Origin: Myxococcota bacterium
GTDB taxonomy: Bacteria; Myxococcota; JACRCW01
Assembly: GCA_040752415.1 (NCBI GenBank)
Contig: JBFMGU010000011.1
Coordinates: forward strand, 13,033-77,032
Direction: 5' to 3'
DNA: 64,000 bases
This document shows, piece after piece, positions 44,234 to 55,240 of the stretch. The notes under the pieces are model-generated. The model saw only the letters and a program-made list of their open reading frames with translations, was not told the origin of the DNA and did not search any database. Numbering within the stretch: position 1 is the stretch's first letter; every line of letters begins with the position of its first letter. The position numbers were made by a program, and so were the translations under genes.

Positions 44234-45001
44234 TCAGGAACGACGCTTGCGCGCCAGGCCCAGCAGTGCGAGCAGCGCCCACGCCCCGAGGGGCGAGCCA
44301 CCGCGCACCAGCATGGAGCCGCAGCCGAAGGGACCGGGGTCGGTGGTGTCGGTGCCGTCGCCGGTGTCATCCACGCTGCTGCTGGAGGGGAGCACCACGA
44401 TGTTGCCCGACGAGGAGCTGCTCGACGACGACGAGCCTCCGCCACTGGAGGTGGCCGAGCTGGCCGACGACGAGCTGGCCGCGGCGCTGGAGGACACCAC
44501 CCCGCCCGACGAGCTGCTGGCCGAGGACGACGAGGAAGACGACGACGACGAGGAAGACGACGACGACGAGGAGGACGATGACGAGCTGCCCCCGCAGGTG
44601 CCCACGGTGTGGTTGGCGGGGGCGTTGGTGGAGCTGCCCGGGTCGGTGATGCCGCTGGTGAAGGCGGGCGTGGCTCCCGGCGTCCACACCCCGCACGGGT
44701 CGCCCAGCTCCTCGCCGTTGGTGTAGCCGTCGAGGTCGGAGTCCAGGTTGTAGAGCGTGGGCCAGTCGATGGCGCCGCCGTGCGCCTGGCGGTTGGCGGC
44801 CGCGTCCTCACCGAAGTCGTCGCGCGGGTTGAAGCCGTTCTGCAGGTGACACGCGTTGCAGGTCCCGTTGGGGATGTCGTCGACATACGCCGAGATCGCG
44901 CGCGCGGGCCCGGACCAGGCCAATGCCAGCAGACCGGTGGCGCCCGCCACGACGTGAGAAGAGACCAACACCCGGAGACCCGCTGCCCGCTTCACCATCA
45001 T
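44234..45001 (-). CDS. MYXO-CTERM surface protein with temptin-like domain and CxxCH motif
   Basis: Signal peptide (ARA), IPNGTCNACH, DSDLDGYTNGEELGDPCGVW, poly-Ser linker and a GCG...TM...RKRRS tail. Confidence 0.75.
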   Translation of the reverse strand: MMVKRAAGLRVLVSSHVVAGATGLLALAWSGPARAISAYVDDIPNGTCNACHLQNGFNPRDDFGEDAAANRQAHGGAIDWPTLYNLDSDLDGYTNGEELGDPCGVWTPGATPAFTSGITDPGSSTNAPANHTVGTCGGSSSSSSSSSSSSSSSSSSSSSSASSSSGGVVSSSAAASSSSASSATSSGGGSSSSSSSSSGNIVVLPSSSSVDDTGDGTDTTDPGPFGCGSMLVRGGSPLGAWALLALLGLARKRRS

Positions 45002-45555
45002 GCACCTCGGACCTGGACCAGCAGCACCTCCGCCGGCCCGCGGGAGTGGTTCTCCCAGACGGCCTGCTTGGTGGCGTCGTAGTAGACGCTGTCCTGCTGG
45101 TTCAGCTCATGGGATCGCTCGTCCAGGAGCAGCGTGGGCTGGCCCCGGACGCAGAAACCAAAGATGTGACCCTGCTCCGCCAGGAAGTGCTTTCCCGTGC
45201 GCCCGCCGGGCTCCAGGGTGACCAACAAGGCCGCCAGGGGTCCCTGCGTGCCCGCCGGCATCAACGACCGCAGGGACGCCTTGGACCACTCGCTGTGCAG
45301 CGTGTCCGGCTCCTGGCGACGCACCAGCGGCCCGGGTGGTGCGGAGTCGGGGTCGGTGAGCAGCGCGCCCAACGTCAGCCCCAACGCCCGGACGATCTTG
45401 TCCAGCGACGACAACGACGGGCTGGCCTCCCCTCGCTCCACCTGGGACAGGAAGCTCGCGGAGAACCCGGTTGCCGCACCCAACTCACGCAAGGACAGCC
45501 TCCGTGCCTTCCGCGTGGACTTCAGCCGCGGACCAATCTGCAGGCTCTTGGGCAC
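44998..45555 (-). CDS. XRE-family HTH + cupin transcriptional regulator
   Basis: LSLRELGAATGFSASFLSQVERGEASPSL followed by a cupin C-terminus. Confidence 0.9.
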   Translation of the reverse strand: MPKSLQIGPRLKSTRKARRLSLRELGAATGFSASFLSQVERGEASPSLSSLDKIVRALGLTLGALLTDPDSAPPGPLVRRQEPDTLHSEWSKASLRSLMPAGTQGPLAALLVTLEPGGRTGKHFLAEQGHIFGFCVRGQPTLLLDERSHELNQQDSVYYDATKQAVWENHSRGPAEVLLVQVRGA

Positions 45556-45903
45556 TTGAACCCTCCAACTGTACAGTGTGACTGCACAAGGTGTCCACCC
45601 ATGCCGCACGACGTGGGAATGGGGACCACCTAGCGTCTGCGGTGGGTCCGTGGGTGGTCAAGCGAGGCCCGGGTGGGGCCCACGCCCGTCGGGCGGAGGG
45701 GCGGGCGGGAGGGCCCGGCGCGCGGCAACAGGGTGGTGGGGCGGAGAAATTTCCCGCGCTGGCGCCACGTTGTTCGAAGGCGGGATGGCGGCGCACGTTG
45801 ACCGATGTCCCGACGGAAGAACGCACCGGCCGTGAGGTGACGCCACCAGTATAACGGGGCTCTCGGGACGCGTGAGGCACCGCTCCCGACGGGAAATGAA
45901 CCG

Positions 45904-47475
<1,572 letters not shown>

Positions 47476-47901
47476 TCACCAGCGCACGTGCGCTTCGGGG
47501 CGCGCGGCGTCGCGACGGTGGTGCAGCACGCGGCGCAGGGTGCGGGTGACGTGGGCCACCGCGTAGGGCTTCTGCTCCACGTCGACGACGCCGAGGTCAT
47601 CCGGGCGCCAGTCATACGTCTCGCAGGAGTTGGAGCCCACCACCACCGGGATGTCCCGCAGCCTGGGATCCCGTTGCAGGCACTCCAGGAAGGCGTGTCC
47701 GCCCGAGCCCGGCGCGGTGAGGTCCAGCAGGATGACGTCGGGCGGCTCGCCTTCCAGGTGACGGAGCGCCTCCGGGGCGTTGCCCGCGCTGCTCACCAGG
47801 AGCCCCTCTTCCCGCAAAGACCGCTCCAGGAAACGGCGGGTGCCCTCGTCATCCTCGACGACAAGAACACGTCCGCGCTCCGGTTTCACATCCGTGACCA
47901 T
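47476..47901 (-). CDS. single-domain response regulator
   Basis: VLVVEDD, DVILLDL and KP. Confidence 0.85.
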   Translation of the reverse strand: MVTDVKPERGRVLVVEDDEGTRRFLERSLREEGLLVSSAGNAPEALRHLEGEPPDVILLDLTAPGSGGHAFLECLQRDPRLRDIPVVVGSNSCETYDWRPDDLGVVDVEQKPYAVAHVTRTLRRVLHHRRDAARPEAHVRW

Positions 47902-48272
47902 GGGACCGACTTAACAGCGCACCGCGCCACGCACAGCCACCCACCCCCGCCCGCCCGCGTCTCCGACGTCATCCCGGCCGCGGCCGCACGCGCGCCGACG
48001 GCGTGGCCCAGGCCCGGGTCCGCCGCGCCAGGTGCTCCGTCGTCGTACTCACGCGCCACGTGCTGTTACCGTCGGTGAACACCCGGGTTAACAGCCCGGT
48101 TAACAGGTCAACCGCAGCTGTTGGGGCGCGCCTGCCCCGACGAGAACTGGCGCCTCGTGATTTGTGCCTGTCCGCATGCGGGCTTGTATCTCCCGGACGG
48201 AAACGCACGCACCCGGCACATCCTTTGCGACGACAATCCCGGCACACACGCTTTCTCCGACGGAGATCCTCC

Positions 48273-49868
48273 ATGACCCTTCACAAGCTCATTCCGGATG
48301 CCCGGGTTGTCGTGTTCCTCACGCGTCGTGCCACCAGGCCGGTGGCCCTGCTGGGCGTGACGTTGGTGATGCTGGGCGCGGCAGGCGGCGTGGCCATGGT
48401 GGTGGCGGCATTGCTGCTGGCCAGCGCCGCGTTGCTGGTGGTGGCGCGCCGGCGGGTGCGGGCCGCCACGTTGTCACGCTGGCCGGTGGTGCAGGAGCGC
48501 TGGCCGCATCAGCAGGAGCGCGTGGCGCTGTTCCAGGTGGACGCCGACGGGTTTGTCACCTTTGCCAACGCGGGCTTCCTGGAGCTGGTGGGTTGGAGCG
48601 AGGCCACCGCGGCGGGGAAGGACTGGCTCACCGCGGTGCACCCCGCCGACCGGCTGGCGGCGGAGCTGGCGTGGATCACCGCGGCGCAGGAGGGACGGGA
48701 GTTCAAGCGGCAGCTGCGCGTGGTGACGCCGGAGGGCGTGGTGCGCCGGGTGTGGTGGCGCGCCCGCGCGGTGGTGCGCAGCGACGGAAACGTGGTGAGC
48801 CACCTGGGCACCGTGGAGGAGGTGGGGAGCTGGAAGGCGTTGGATGACGGCGCCGCGGTGCCGGTGTCCAACGGGGTGACCCCGCCCGCGCCCGCGGTGA
48901 CGACGGAAGGTGGCGACGTGGACCTCAACGAGGTGGTGGGCCGCATGCACGGCGCGCTGCGCTCCCTGGTGGGCGGGGAGGTGGGGCTGGTGATGGCGCT
49001 GGAGGGCCGGTTGCCGCCGGTGCGCGTGGCGCGTGACGAGGTGGAGCGCATGGTGGAGACCCTGGCGGTCAACGCGCGCAACGCCATGCCGCACGGCGGG
49101 ACGCTGACCGTCACCACCTTTGAGGTGCTCCTGCACGACGAGGAGGCGGCCGCGGCCATGGGGCTCAATCCCGGCGACTACGTGGTGCTCTCGGTCAGCG
49201 ACAGCGGCCCCGCTCCCGACGGCAAGACGCCCGGCGCCACCGCGCTGGCCGACGAGCCGAGCGAGGCCGACAGCCTGGCGTTGGTGGAGCTGCACGAGGC
49301 GGCGCGCAGCAACGGCGGCAACATCCTGGTGCACGCCAAGCCCGACGGTGGCGCCACCATCGAGGTGTTCCTGCCGCAGGCGGGCGCGCAGCCGGAGCAG
49401 GGCCTCCTCCCCACGCAGGCCGAGGAGCCGGCGCGGGTGCTGCTCATCGAGGAGGACGTGGAGGCGCGGGAGCTGGCGCACGCCACGTTGGAGGCGGAGG
49501 GCTACCAGGTGGTCACCGTGGCGCAGCCCGCCGACGCCATCCGCCGGTGCCAGGAGCAGGGCGCCGCGCCGGACCTGCTGGTGTGCAACATGCTGATGCC
49601 GCAGATGTGTGGCCCGGAGCTGGCGCGCTACCTGATGGAGGGGCGGCCGGACATGAAGGTGCTCTTCCTGCAGCCGGGAGACCGACGCATCAGCGTGCTC
49701 GACGACGGCGCCAAGGTGGACCAGCCCGCGGGCGTGGATGCGCTGGCCGCCAAGGTGCGTCAGGCGCTGGCCGGTCCCGCGTTCCTGGGCGCGCCGCCGG
49801 GAATGGTGGGCGCGTACGGCGGGTGGCTGTCCCGGGAGCCGCGCAAGGATCAGTTGCTGGACGGCTGA
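48273..49868 (+). CDS. degenerate hybrid sensor (TM-PAS-HATPase-like-REC), no HisKA
   Basis: PAS (VHPADR), NARNAMP.GG and SVSDSG; receiver LLVCNMLMP. Confidence 0.75.
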   Translation: MTLHKLIPDARVVVFLTRRATRPVALLGVTLVMLGAAGGVAMVVAALLLASAALLVVARRRVRAATLSRWPVVQERWPHQQERVALFQVDADGFVTFANAGFLELVGWSEATAAGKDWLTAVHPADRLAAELAWITAAQEGREFKRQLRVVTPEGVVRRVWWRARAVVRSDGNVVSHLGTVEEVGSWKALDDGAAVPVSNGVTPPAPAVTTEGGDVDLNEVVGRMHGALRSLVGGEVGLVMALEGRLPPVRVARDEVERMVETLAVNARNAMPHGGTLTVTTFEVLLHDEEAAAAMGLNPGDYVVLSVSDSGPAPDGKTPGATALADEPSEADSLALVELHEAARSNGGNILVHAKPDGGATIEVFLPQAGAQPEQGLLPTQAEEPARVLLIEEDVEARELAHATLEAEGYQVVTVAQPADAIRRCQEQGAAPDLLVCNMLMPQMCGPELARYLMEGRPDMKVLFLQPGDRRISVLDDGAKVDQPAGVDALAAKVRQALAGPAFLGAPPGMVGAYGGWLSREPRKDQLLDG

Positions 49869-51526
49869 GGCGCGGGCGTTTCCGTGGCGGGCGTGAAGCG
49901 CACCAGGGTCACCAGCTCGTGATCCTCGTGGTCCGCCACACGCCCACGACACACCGAGACCAGCAGATAGCGCTGCTCCCGCTCGACGATCTGCTCGCGC
50001 CCCTCGAGGAGCTCGTCGGGGTCGGTGTAGCTGCCGTGCAGCACGGTGACGTCGACGCGCGCCTGGCCCAGCCCGTTCTTCTCGAGGTGCGTGGCCACCG
50101 TGGACGCCTTTGGTAGCGGTTTCCCCTCGCACGCCGGCGCCATGAACGCGGCCAGCACCGTCTCCTGCTCGGGGTGCAGCTCGAACGGCGGCAGGTGGCG
50201 CGCGGCGCGGGCGTCCTGCAGCGCGGTGATGATGCGCTCGCGCTCACCCTCGGGCGTGTAGTCGGGGAGCGGTGAGACCAGGTAGCGCACCAGGCGCACG
50301 TCCCGCTCCGACTTGGGAGACACGCCCACGCCCAGCCACCGCAGGCGCGGATCCAGCACGTGGTAGCGCGTGCCCGGCTCGACGAGATCCTCCCAGATCT
50401 GCTCGTCGAGATACTCCACCGTGGCGTAGCTCTGGCGTCGGGTGGCGGTCTTCAGGCCGCGGGCGCGCAGCTTCTCGTCGAGGCGCGGGTCGATGGGGCT
50501 GCGCGTGGCCAGCGCGGTCTCCCCGGCGCGCTGCTGCGCCTCCGCCACCACGGTGGGGTGCAGGGACAGGGGCGGGACGCCGGCCCGGGTGCGCGCGGTG
50601 TTGTAGGCGCGCAGGAGCTCGTCGCCCCAGTCGCGCAGGGAGCCCGGGGGATGTTGCGGCGTGAGGATGGACGCGTCCGGCACGGTGGGCTCCGCCATGC
50701 CCACGTAGACGGGGATGAGCAGCTGTGGGCGTTCCGCGTCGGCGGTGCCGTCTCCGCCGGAGCCCACCTCGGTGGCGTCGATCTCGAGGAGATAACGGCC
50801 CGGCACCGTGGGCAGCGGCACGTCCAGCGCAAAGCTCCCGTCGGTGGCGGGGCGGATGGGACGACGCAGCACCTTGAAGTCGGGCTGGTCCAGGTAGAGC
50901 CACACGTTGTGCAGCTGCTTGGTGAAGCGGCCCTGGAGGTGCAGCGTCTGCCCGGGCTGGTACTCCTTGGCCAACGGCGCCAGCACCGTCTTCTCCTCGA
51001 CGATGACCAAGGCCTGTGTGTAGTGGTCCCGCGTCTCGTGCACGCGTGCCACCCCGAAGGCGAGGGCGCTTCCGTCGTCGGGGAGCTCGGCGGCAATGCG
51101 GTGGAGCTCCTCCTGGAAGAGGTAGGCGGCGCGGGCCGCGCCCACGCGTCGCACGCTGCTGGAGGAGCCCACCGCGGGAATGCCGAACTTCCAGCGCAGC
51201 CACGCGTTCATGCTCTGCGCGGGCAGGCGCTTCTCCTGGTCCCACGTCAACGCCGTCACCTGCGCCACCCAGTCCAGGTAGGGATGGTGCCGCACGCGGT
51301 TGCGCGCGTGGGCGGGCAGCGCGGCCTCGAAGACGCGGGCGGGATGATCCGCGGCACGCGTGTCCAGGATGCGACGATCCACCGCGTTGGCGCTGAGGTA
51401 GCGCGGGAACTTCTGCTTGAGCGTCTCCGCGCCGGCCACGGTGAGATTGCGCATGCGGCCCTGCGGCTTGTCCGACGCACACGCGAGCATGGTGAGCGCA
51501 GCCACGGCAGCAATCCTGCGACGCAT
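49850..51526 (-). CDS. lipoprotein with CAP/SCP-like domains
   Basis: MLAC lipobox; YNTARTRAGVPPL and ARAARHLPPF CAP-like openings. Confidence 0.65.
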   Translation of the reverse strand: MRRRIAAVAALTMLACASDKPQGRMRNLTVAGAETLKQKFPRYLSANAVDRRILDTRAADHPARVFEAALPAHARNRVRHHPYLDWVAQVTALTWDQEKRLPAQSMNAWLRWKFGIPAVGSSSSVRRVGAARAAYLFQEELHRIAAELPDDGSALAFGVARVHETRDHYTQALVIVEEKTVLAPLAKEYQPGQTLHLQGRFTKQLHNVWLYLDQPDFKVLRRPIRPATDGSFALDVPLPTVPGRYLLEIDATEVGSGGDGTADAERPQLLIPVYVGMAEPTVPDASILTPQHPPGSLRDWGDELLRAYNTARTRAGVPPLSLHPTVVAEAQQRAGETALATRSPIDPRLDEKLRARGLKTATRRQSYATVEYLDEQIWEDLVEPGTRYHVLDPRLRWLGVGVSPKSERDVRLVRYLVSPLPDYTPEGERERIITALQDARAARHLPPFELHPEQETVLAAFMAPACEGKPLPKASTVATHLEKNGLGQARVDVTVLHGSYTDPDELLEGREQIVEREQRYLLVSVCRGRVADHEDHELVTLVRFTPATETPAPQPSSN

Positions 51527-51670
51527 GGACCCTCCCGGTTGATTCCCGGGCGCAAGCAGTAGCGCGGCATTCGCGTCTCCCACCAGCGTGCGGTGCGGCC
51601 GATTTCTGGCGTCGGAAGAGAGCGCTCCACTACGCTGGCGCGCGGTCACACCGCTCCGACGGAGCAGCGC

Positions 51671-52711
51671 TTGATCCGTTCTCCCGAAAACACGTCGTCA
51701 CCTCCCGCTCCGGCGACGGTTGCGGCCACCGCGGTTCCTCCCGCTCCGCCGTGGGTGGCGCGCCTGGACTTCACCACGAAGACCGAGCGGCTCTCGTCGC
51801 TGGAGGAGGTGCGCACCAGCCGCGGCGAGGGCGTGTACTACTGGGTGGACATTGACGCGCTGCACCCCGAGGCGCGCGAGGCGTTCCGCGGCCTGGACAT
51901 CAACGACACCGTGATCACCGAGGCGCTGGGCCTGGACGTGGACGGCCGTCACGACGTGTACGACGACTGCCTGCACGTGGCGGTGACCTCGGGCACGCTG
52001 GAGGGGGAACGGCTGGCGCGCTCCCACGTGGACATCATCATCGCCGGGCACGTGATGGTGACGGTGCGGCGCGGGCCGGTGGAGTTCCTGGAGCAGGTGC
52101 GACGACGCTACCGGCAGGACTTCGTGAAGTTCGCACGCAGCCCCAGCTTCCTGCTGTACGAGTGCTTTGACACGCTGATCCAGAGCTACCGCCGGACCAT
52201 CCAGCGGATGGGGGTGCAGGTGGAGAAGGTGCAGTCGCGCATCTTCGGGGAGGTTGACGACGGAATCTTCACCGAGGTGTCCGAGCTGACGCAGGATCAC
52301 CTGGTGCTGCGCAAGATCATGCTGGCGGTGCGCGAGGTGATGCACGAGCTGGCCACGCGGCGTTCCCCGTTCGTGAGCGAGACGGCGCAGCCCTTCCTGG
52401 ACCGCATGGTGGACAGCGTGGACCGGCTGGCCTCCGACCTGGGCGTGGGCCGCGAGATCCTCAGCGAGACGCTCAACCTCTACATGGGCATCGTGAGCTA
52501 TCGGACCAACAGCATCGTGAAGCGGCTCACCGTGGTGAGCGTGATCTTCATGCCGCTCACGTTCCTGTGCGGCGTGTACGGGATGAACTTCGACACCAAC
52601 ACCATGATGCCGGAGCTGACCTGGCCGTACGGCTACCGCGCGTTCTGGGTGGCGGTGGTCGTCATCACCGCGTCGCTGCTGCTCTACATGCGGCGCAAGC
52701 GCTGGATCTGA
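51671..52711 (+). CDS. corA: CorA family Mg2+/Co2+ transporter
   Basis: PLTFLCGVYGMNF, MPEL.W.YGY and a RRKRWI tail. Start uncertain. Confidence 0.92.
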   Translation: MIRSPENTSSPPAPATVAATAVPPAPPWVARLDFTTKTERLSSLEEVRTSRGEGVYYWVDIDALHPEAREAFRGLDINDTVITEALGLDVDGRHDVYDDCLHVAVTSGTLEGERLARSHVDIIIAGHVMVTVRRGPVEFLEQVRRRYRQDFVKFARSPSFLLYECFDTLIQSYRRTIQRMGVQVEKVQSRIFGEVDDGIFTEVSELTQDHLVLRKIMLAVREVMHELATRRSPFVSETAQPFLDRMVDSVDRLASDLGVGREILSETLNLYMGIVSYRTNSIVKRLTVVSVIFMPLTFLCGVYGMNFDTNTMMPELTWPYGYRAFWVAVVVITASLLLYMRRKRWI

Positions 52712-52732
52712 GAAGTTCGTTCCGACGCAGCC

Positions 52733-53755
52733 TCAACGGACGCGCGCCAGCCACAACGTGACGACGAGATCCTCGCGCGCGAGGTGGCCCTGCTGCTCGT
52801 GACGATCGTCGGCGTAGTGGTAGGTGACGCGGAGTCTGTGCGCGCCGGCGGGAAGCTTCACGCGCACCGGCACCCCGGGCTGCAACGACGTGTCCGCGGC
52901 CAGCTCCACGTGACCACGCCCATCCTCCCCCACGCTGACCGCGAAGCGACGACCGAACCGGGCCAGCTCGACGTCGTCGGCCCAGAGCGTGAGGTGGCGG
53001 AACACGTCGCCGGTGGGGAAGGAGTGGCCCACGCCCTGGGAGGACAGCACCGCCGTGTCACCGTCGAGGACCACCTTGAGCGCGCCGCGCAGCAGCGCCA
53101 CGTCGTGTGCGCCGCGGAAGGCGTGGGAGGTGCCGGGCATGTGGCAGCTCTGGCAGGTCTCCGTGCCGCCCGCGTCGCGGTACGCGCGCCACTCGCTGAA
53201 GGTGCTCTGCATGGGCGCGGGCGTCATCACGGTCTTCCCGTCGTGGACCTCGTGGGCGCGGAACTCGTGGCACGCGGCGCAGAAGCTGGAGTCCTTGAGT
53301 CGCGCGCTGACCTGCACCTCGTGCGCGTACGCGTGTCCCGGCGACTGCGCCGCGAACACCCGGCCCGCCCGCACGTGGCACACCGCGCAGCTGATGCCCT
53401 CGTGCGCCAGCGACGTCGACGGGAGGTTCAGCGCGCGGGTGCGCACCACGGTGCGGAGCTGCTTCAGCGTGTCCGCGGCCTGCGGGGCGAGCGGAGCGTG
53501 GCAGTAGACGCAGCGCGGGTGCGGCTCATTGGCCAGCCCGTCGACGAAGACCGCGTTGGTGACGCTCTGGCGGTGCAGGGAGCCCTTCCACTCGTCGTAG
53601 ATGCGCGCGTGGCAGGCGCCGCACTGGGCCGCGGTGGGGGCCGGGCCGTCAGGAAGCGGACCCAGCGCCTCGTCGACAAAGCCCACCTCCGCCACCACGC
53701 CGCCGTGCAGCGATGCCGCGGTCAGCACCAGGAGGAGGGCGGAACGCCAGCGCAT
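52733..53755 (-). CDS. secreted multiheme c-type cytochrome (5 CxxCH)
   Basis: CGACH, CVYCH, CAVCH, CAACH and CQSCH; GHSFPTG. Confidence 0.88.
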   Translation of the reverse strand: MRWRSALLLVLTAASLHGGVVAEVGFVDEALGPLPDGPAPTAAQCGACHARIYDEWKGSLHRQSVTNAVFVDGLANEPHPRCVYCHAPLAPQAADTLKQLRTVVRTRALNLPSTSLAHEGISCAVCHVRAGRVFAAQSPGHAYAHEVQVSARLKDSSFCAACHEFRAHEVHDGKTVMTPAPMQSTFSEWRAYRDAGGTETCQSCHMPGTSHAFRGAHDVALLRGALKVVLDGDTAVLSSQGVGHSFPTGDVFRHLTLWADDVELARFGRRFAVSVGEDGRGHVELAADTSLQPGVPVRVKLPAGAHRLRVTYHYADDRHEQQGHLAREDLVVTLWLARVR

Positions 53756-55161
53756 CAGGTGGAGGCGGGAGCGGCGTAGCTGGTGCGCACTTCCTCGTCG
53801 CCCTCGTCGGGATTGGGCGGGTCATCCGGGATGGACGAACCCCCGTGCTGCACCGCCACCGAGTCCAGGCGCGACACCTTCCCGCCGCTCACGCCCACCT
53901 TCCACACCGCCACCGACGTGAAGTGGTAGCCCCAGTCCTCCTCCGTGCTCTGCCACATGGCCACCGTGGAAGCGTGCCCGTCCTGCAACGTGACCAGCAG
54001 GTGGATGGTCTGCGACGACGAGGCGCGGTCCACCGTGAGGCTGGTGAAGGTGAGATAGAGCTTGCGCGGTTCGGTGGCCGTGCCGTCGAGGAGCAGCACG
54101 TTGGAGACCGCGGTGGCCTCAAGCCAGTCCTCGTTGCGCTTCCGCTTGGGCACGGGCTTGGTGCTGCCGGGTCCCTTGGCCTCGAAGAGCGTGGCATCGT
54201 GGAAATGGAACAGCGGGTCCAGCTCGCGCGGGAGCGGAAAGCCCTCCGGCGGCGTGGTCTTCTGCTTCATGGTCAGCGAGTACCAGCGTCCGTCGTCGGG
54301 CCTGCGCGTGGAGAGCTGCACCAGCTCTTTGAGCAGGGCGCGCTCGTCGTCGGAGAAGGCGGCGGGGAGCTCACCCGCGGCCACACGTTGCTTGAGCGGC
54401 CGGTAGCCCGGCGTCTCCACGCCCTTCTCGGGCATGCCGTCCTTGTCGACGTCGGTGGTGGACTGCCAGCGCTTCTGCAGGACCTTGCGCGCTTCCGCGG
54501 TGAGGTCGAGACGTGCGGCGGCATAGGGATAGGTGGGCGGGAGCTTGGCGTAGTACCTGGCCAGGTCCACGCGTTCCTTCTTCCAGGCCAGGAGCGCGGC
54601 GCGCTTCCCGTTCTCGACGGCGGCGCTGTAGGGCACGTCGCTGTCGACGAGGATCTGCACGTCGGAGATGCAGGTGTCCTGGTACTTGCGGCCCGCGTGC
54701 ACGCCCGCGACGGTGAGCGCCACCTCGCTGACGCCGGCAGCGACGGGGAGCTCCAGGGTCTGCGGGCCCTTGCTGCGCGTGAGCGTCCATTCCCTGCGCG
54801 CGCTCTCCCGCCCGCCCGGCCCGCGCACCACCACCGTCAACGCGCTGGGCGCGCCGTTGGCCTCGAGGAGCGCGGTGGACTTCTGGTAGCCGTTGAAGAC
54901 GACCACCCGCACCGCGCGCGCGTTCTTCAACGCGGAGACCGGGATGGTGAGCGTCTGGCCCACGCCGTCTCCGTCGACGCCTTCCACCCACGCGGTCTTC
55001 GGGTCGTCATCCAGGGCGTAGTTGGGGTGGTAGTTCTCCTCGTACTTGTTCCAGTTGCTCCTCAGGTGGCTGGTGGCTTCCGCGTGGTCGGCGTGGAGGC
55101 GCTGGAACGCTCCGATGGCGACGGGAAGCAGCGAGAGGCAGGCAAGCGTGAGCGCGGTCAT
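53755..55161 (-). CDS. secreted protein with discoidin/NADase-type glycan-binding domain
   Basis: NYHPNYALDDDPKTAWVEGVDGDGVG, NGYQKS and G.KYQDTCISD. Confidence 0.7.
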   Translation of the reverse strand: MTALTLACLSLLPVAIGAFQRLHADHAEATSHLRSNWNKYEENYHPNYALDDDPKTAWVEGVDGDGVGQTLTIPVSALKNARAVRVVVFNGYQKSTALLEANGAPSALTVVVRGPGGRESARREWTLTRSKGPQTLELPVAAGVSEVALTVAGVHAGRKYQDTCISDVQILVDSDVPYSAAVENGKRAALLAWKKERVDLARYYAKLPPTYPYAAARLDLTAEARKVLQKRWQSTTDVDKDGMPEKGVETPGYRPLKQRVAAGELPAAFSDDERALLKELVQLSTRRPDDGRWYSLTMKQKTTPPEGFPLPRELDPLFHFHDATLFEAKGPGSTKPVPKRKRNEDWLEATAVSNVLLLDGTATEPRKLYLTFTSLTVDRASSSQTIHLLVTLQDGHASTVAMWQSTEEDWGYHFTSVAVWKVGVSGGKVSRLDSVAVQHGGSSIPDDPPNPDEGDEEVRTSYAAPAST

Positions 55162-55240
55162 GGCGCCGCAGATGCTGTGCGCGTCAGCGTGGCCCGGTCA
55201 ACGTGTTGGCGTTCCGCCCAGGCACCGTTAGCGTGTCCGC

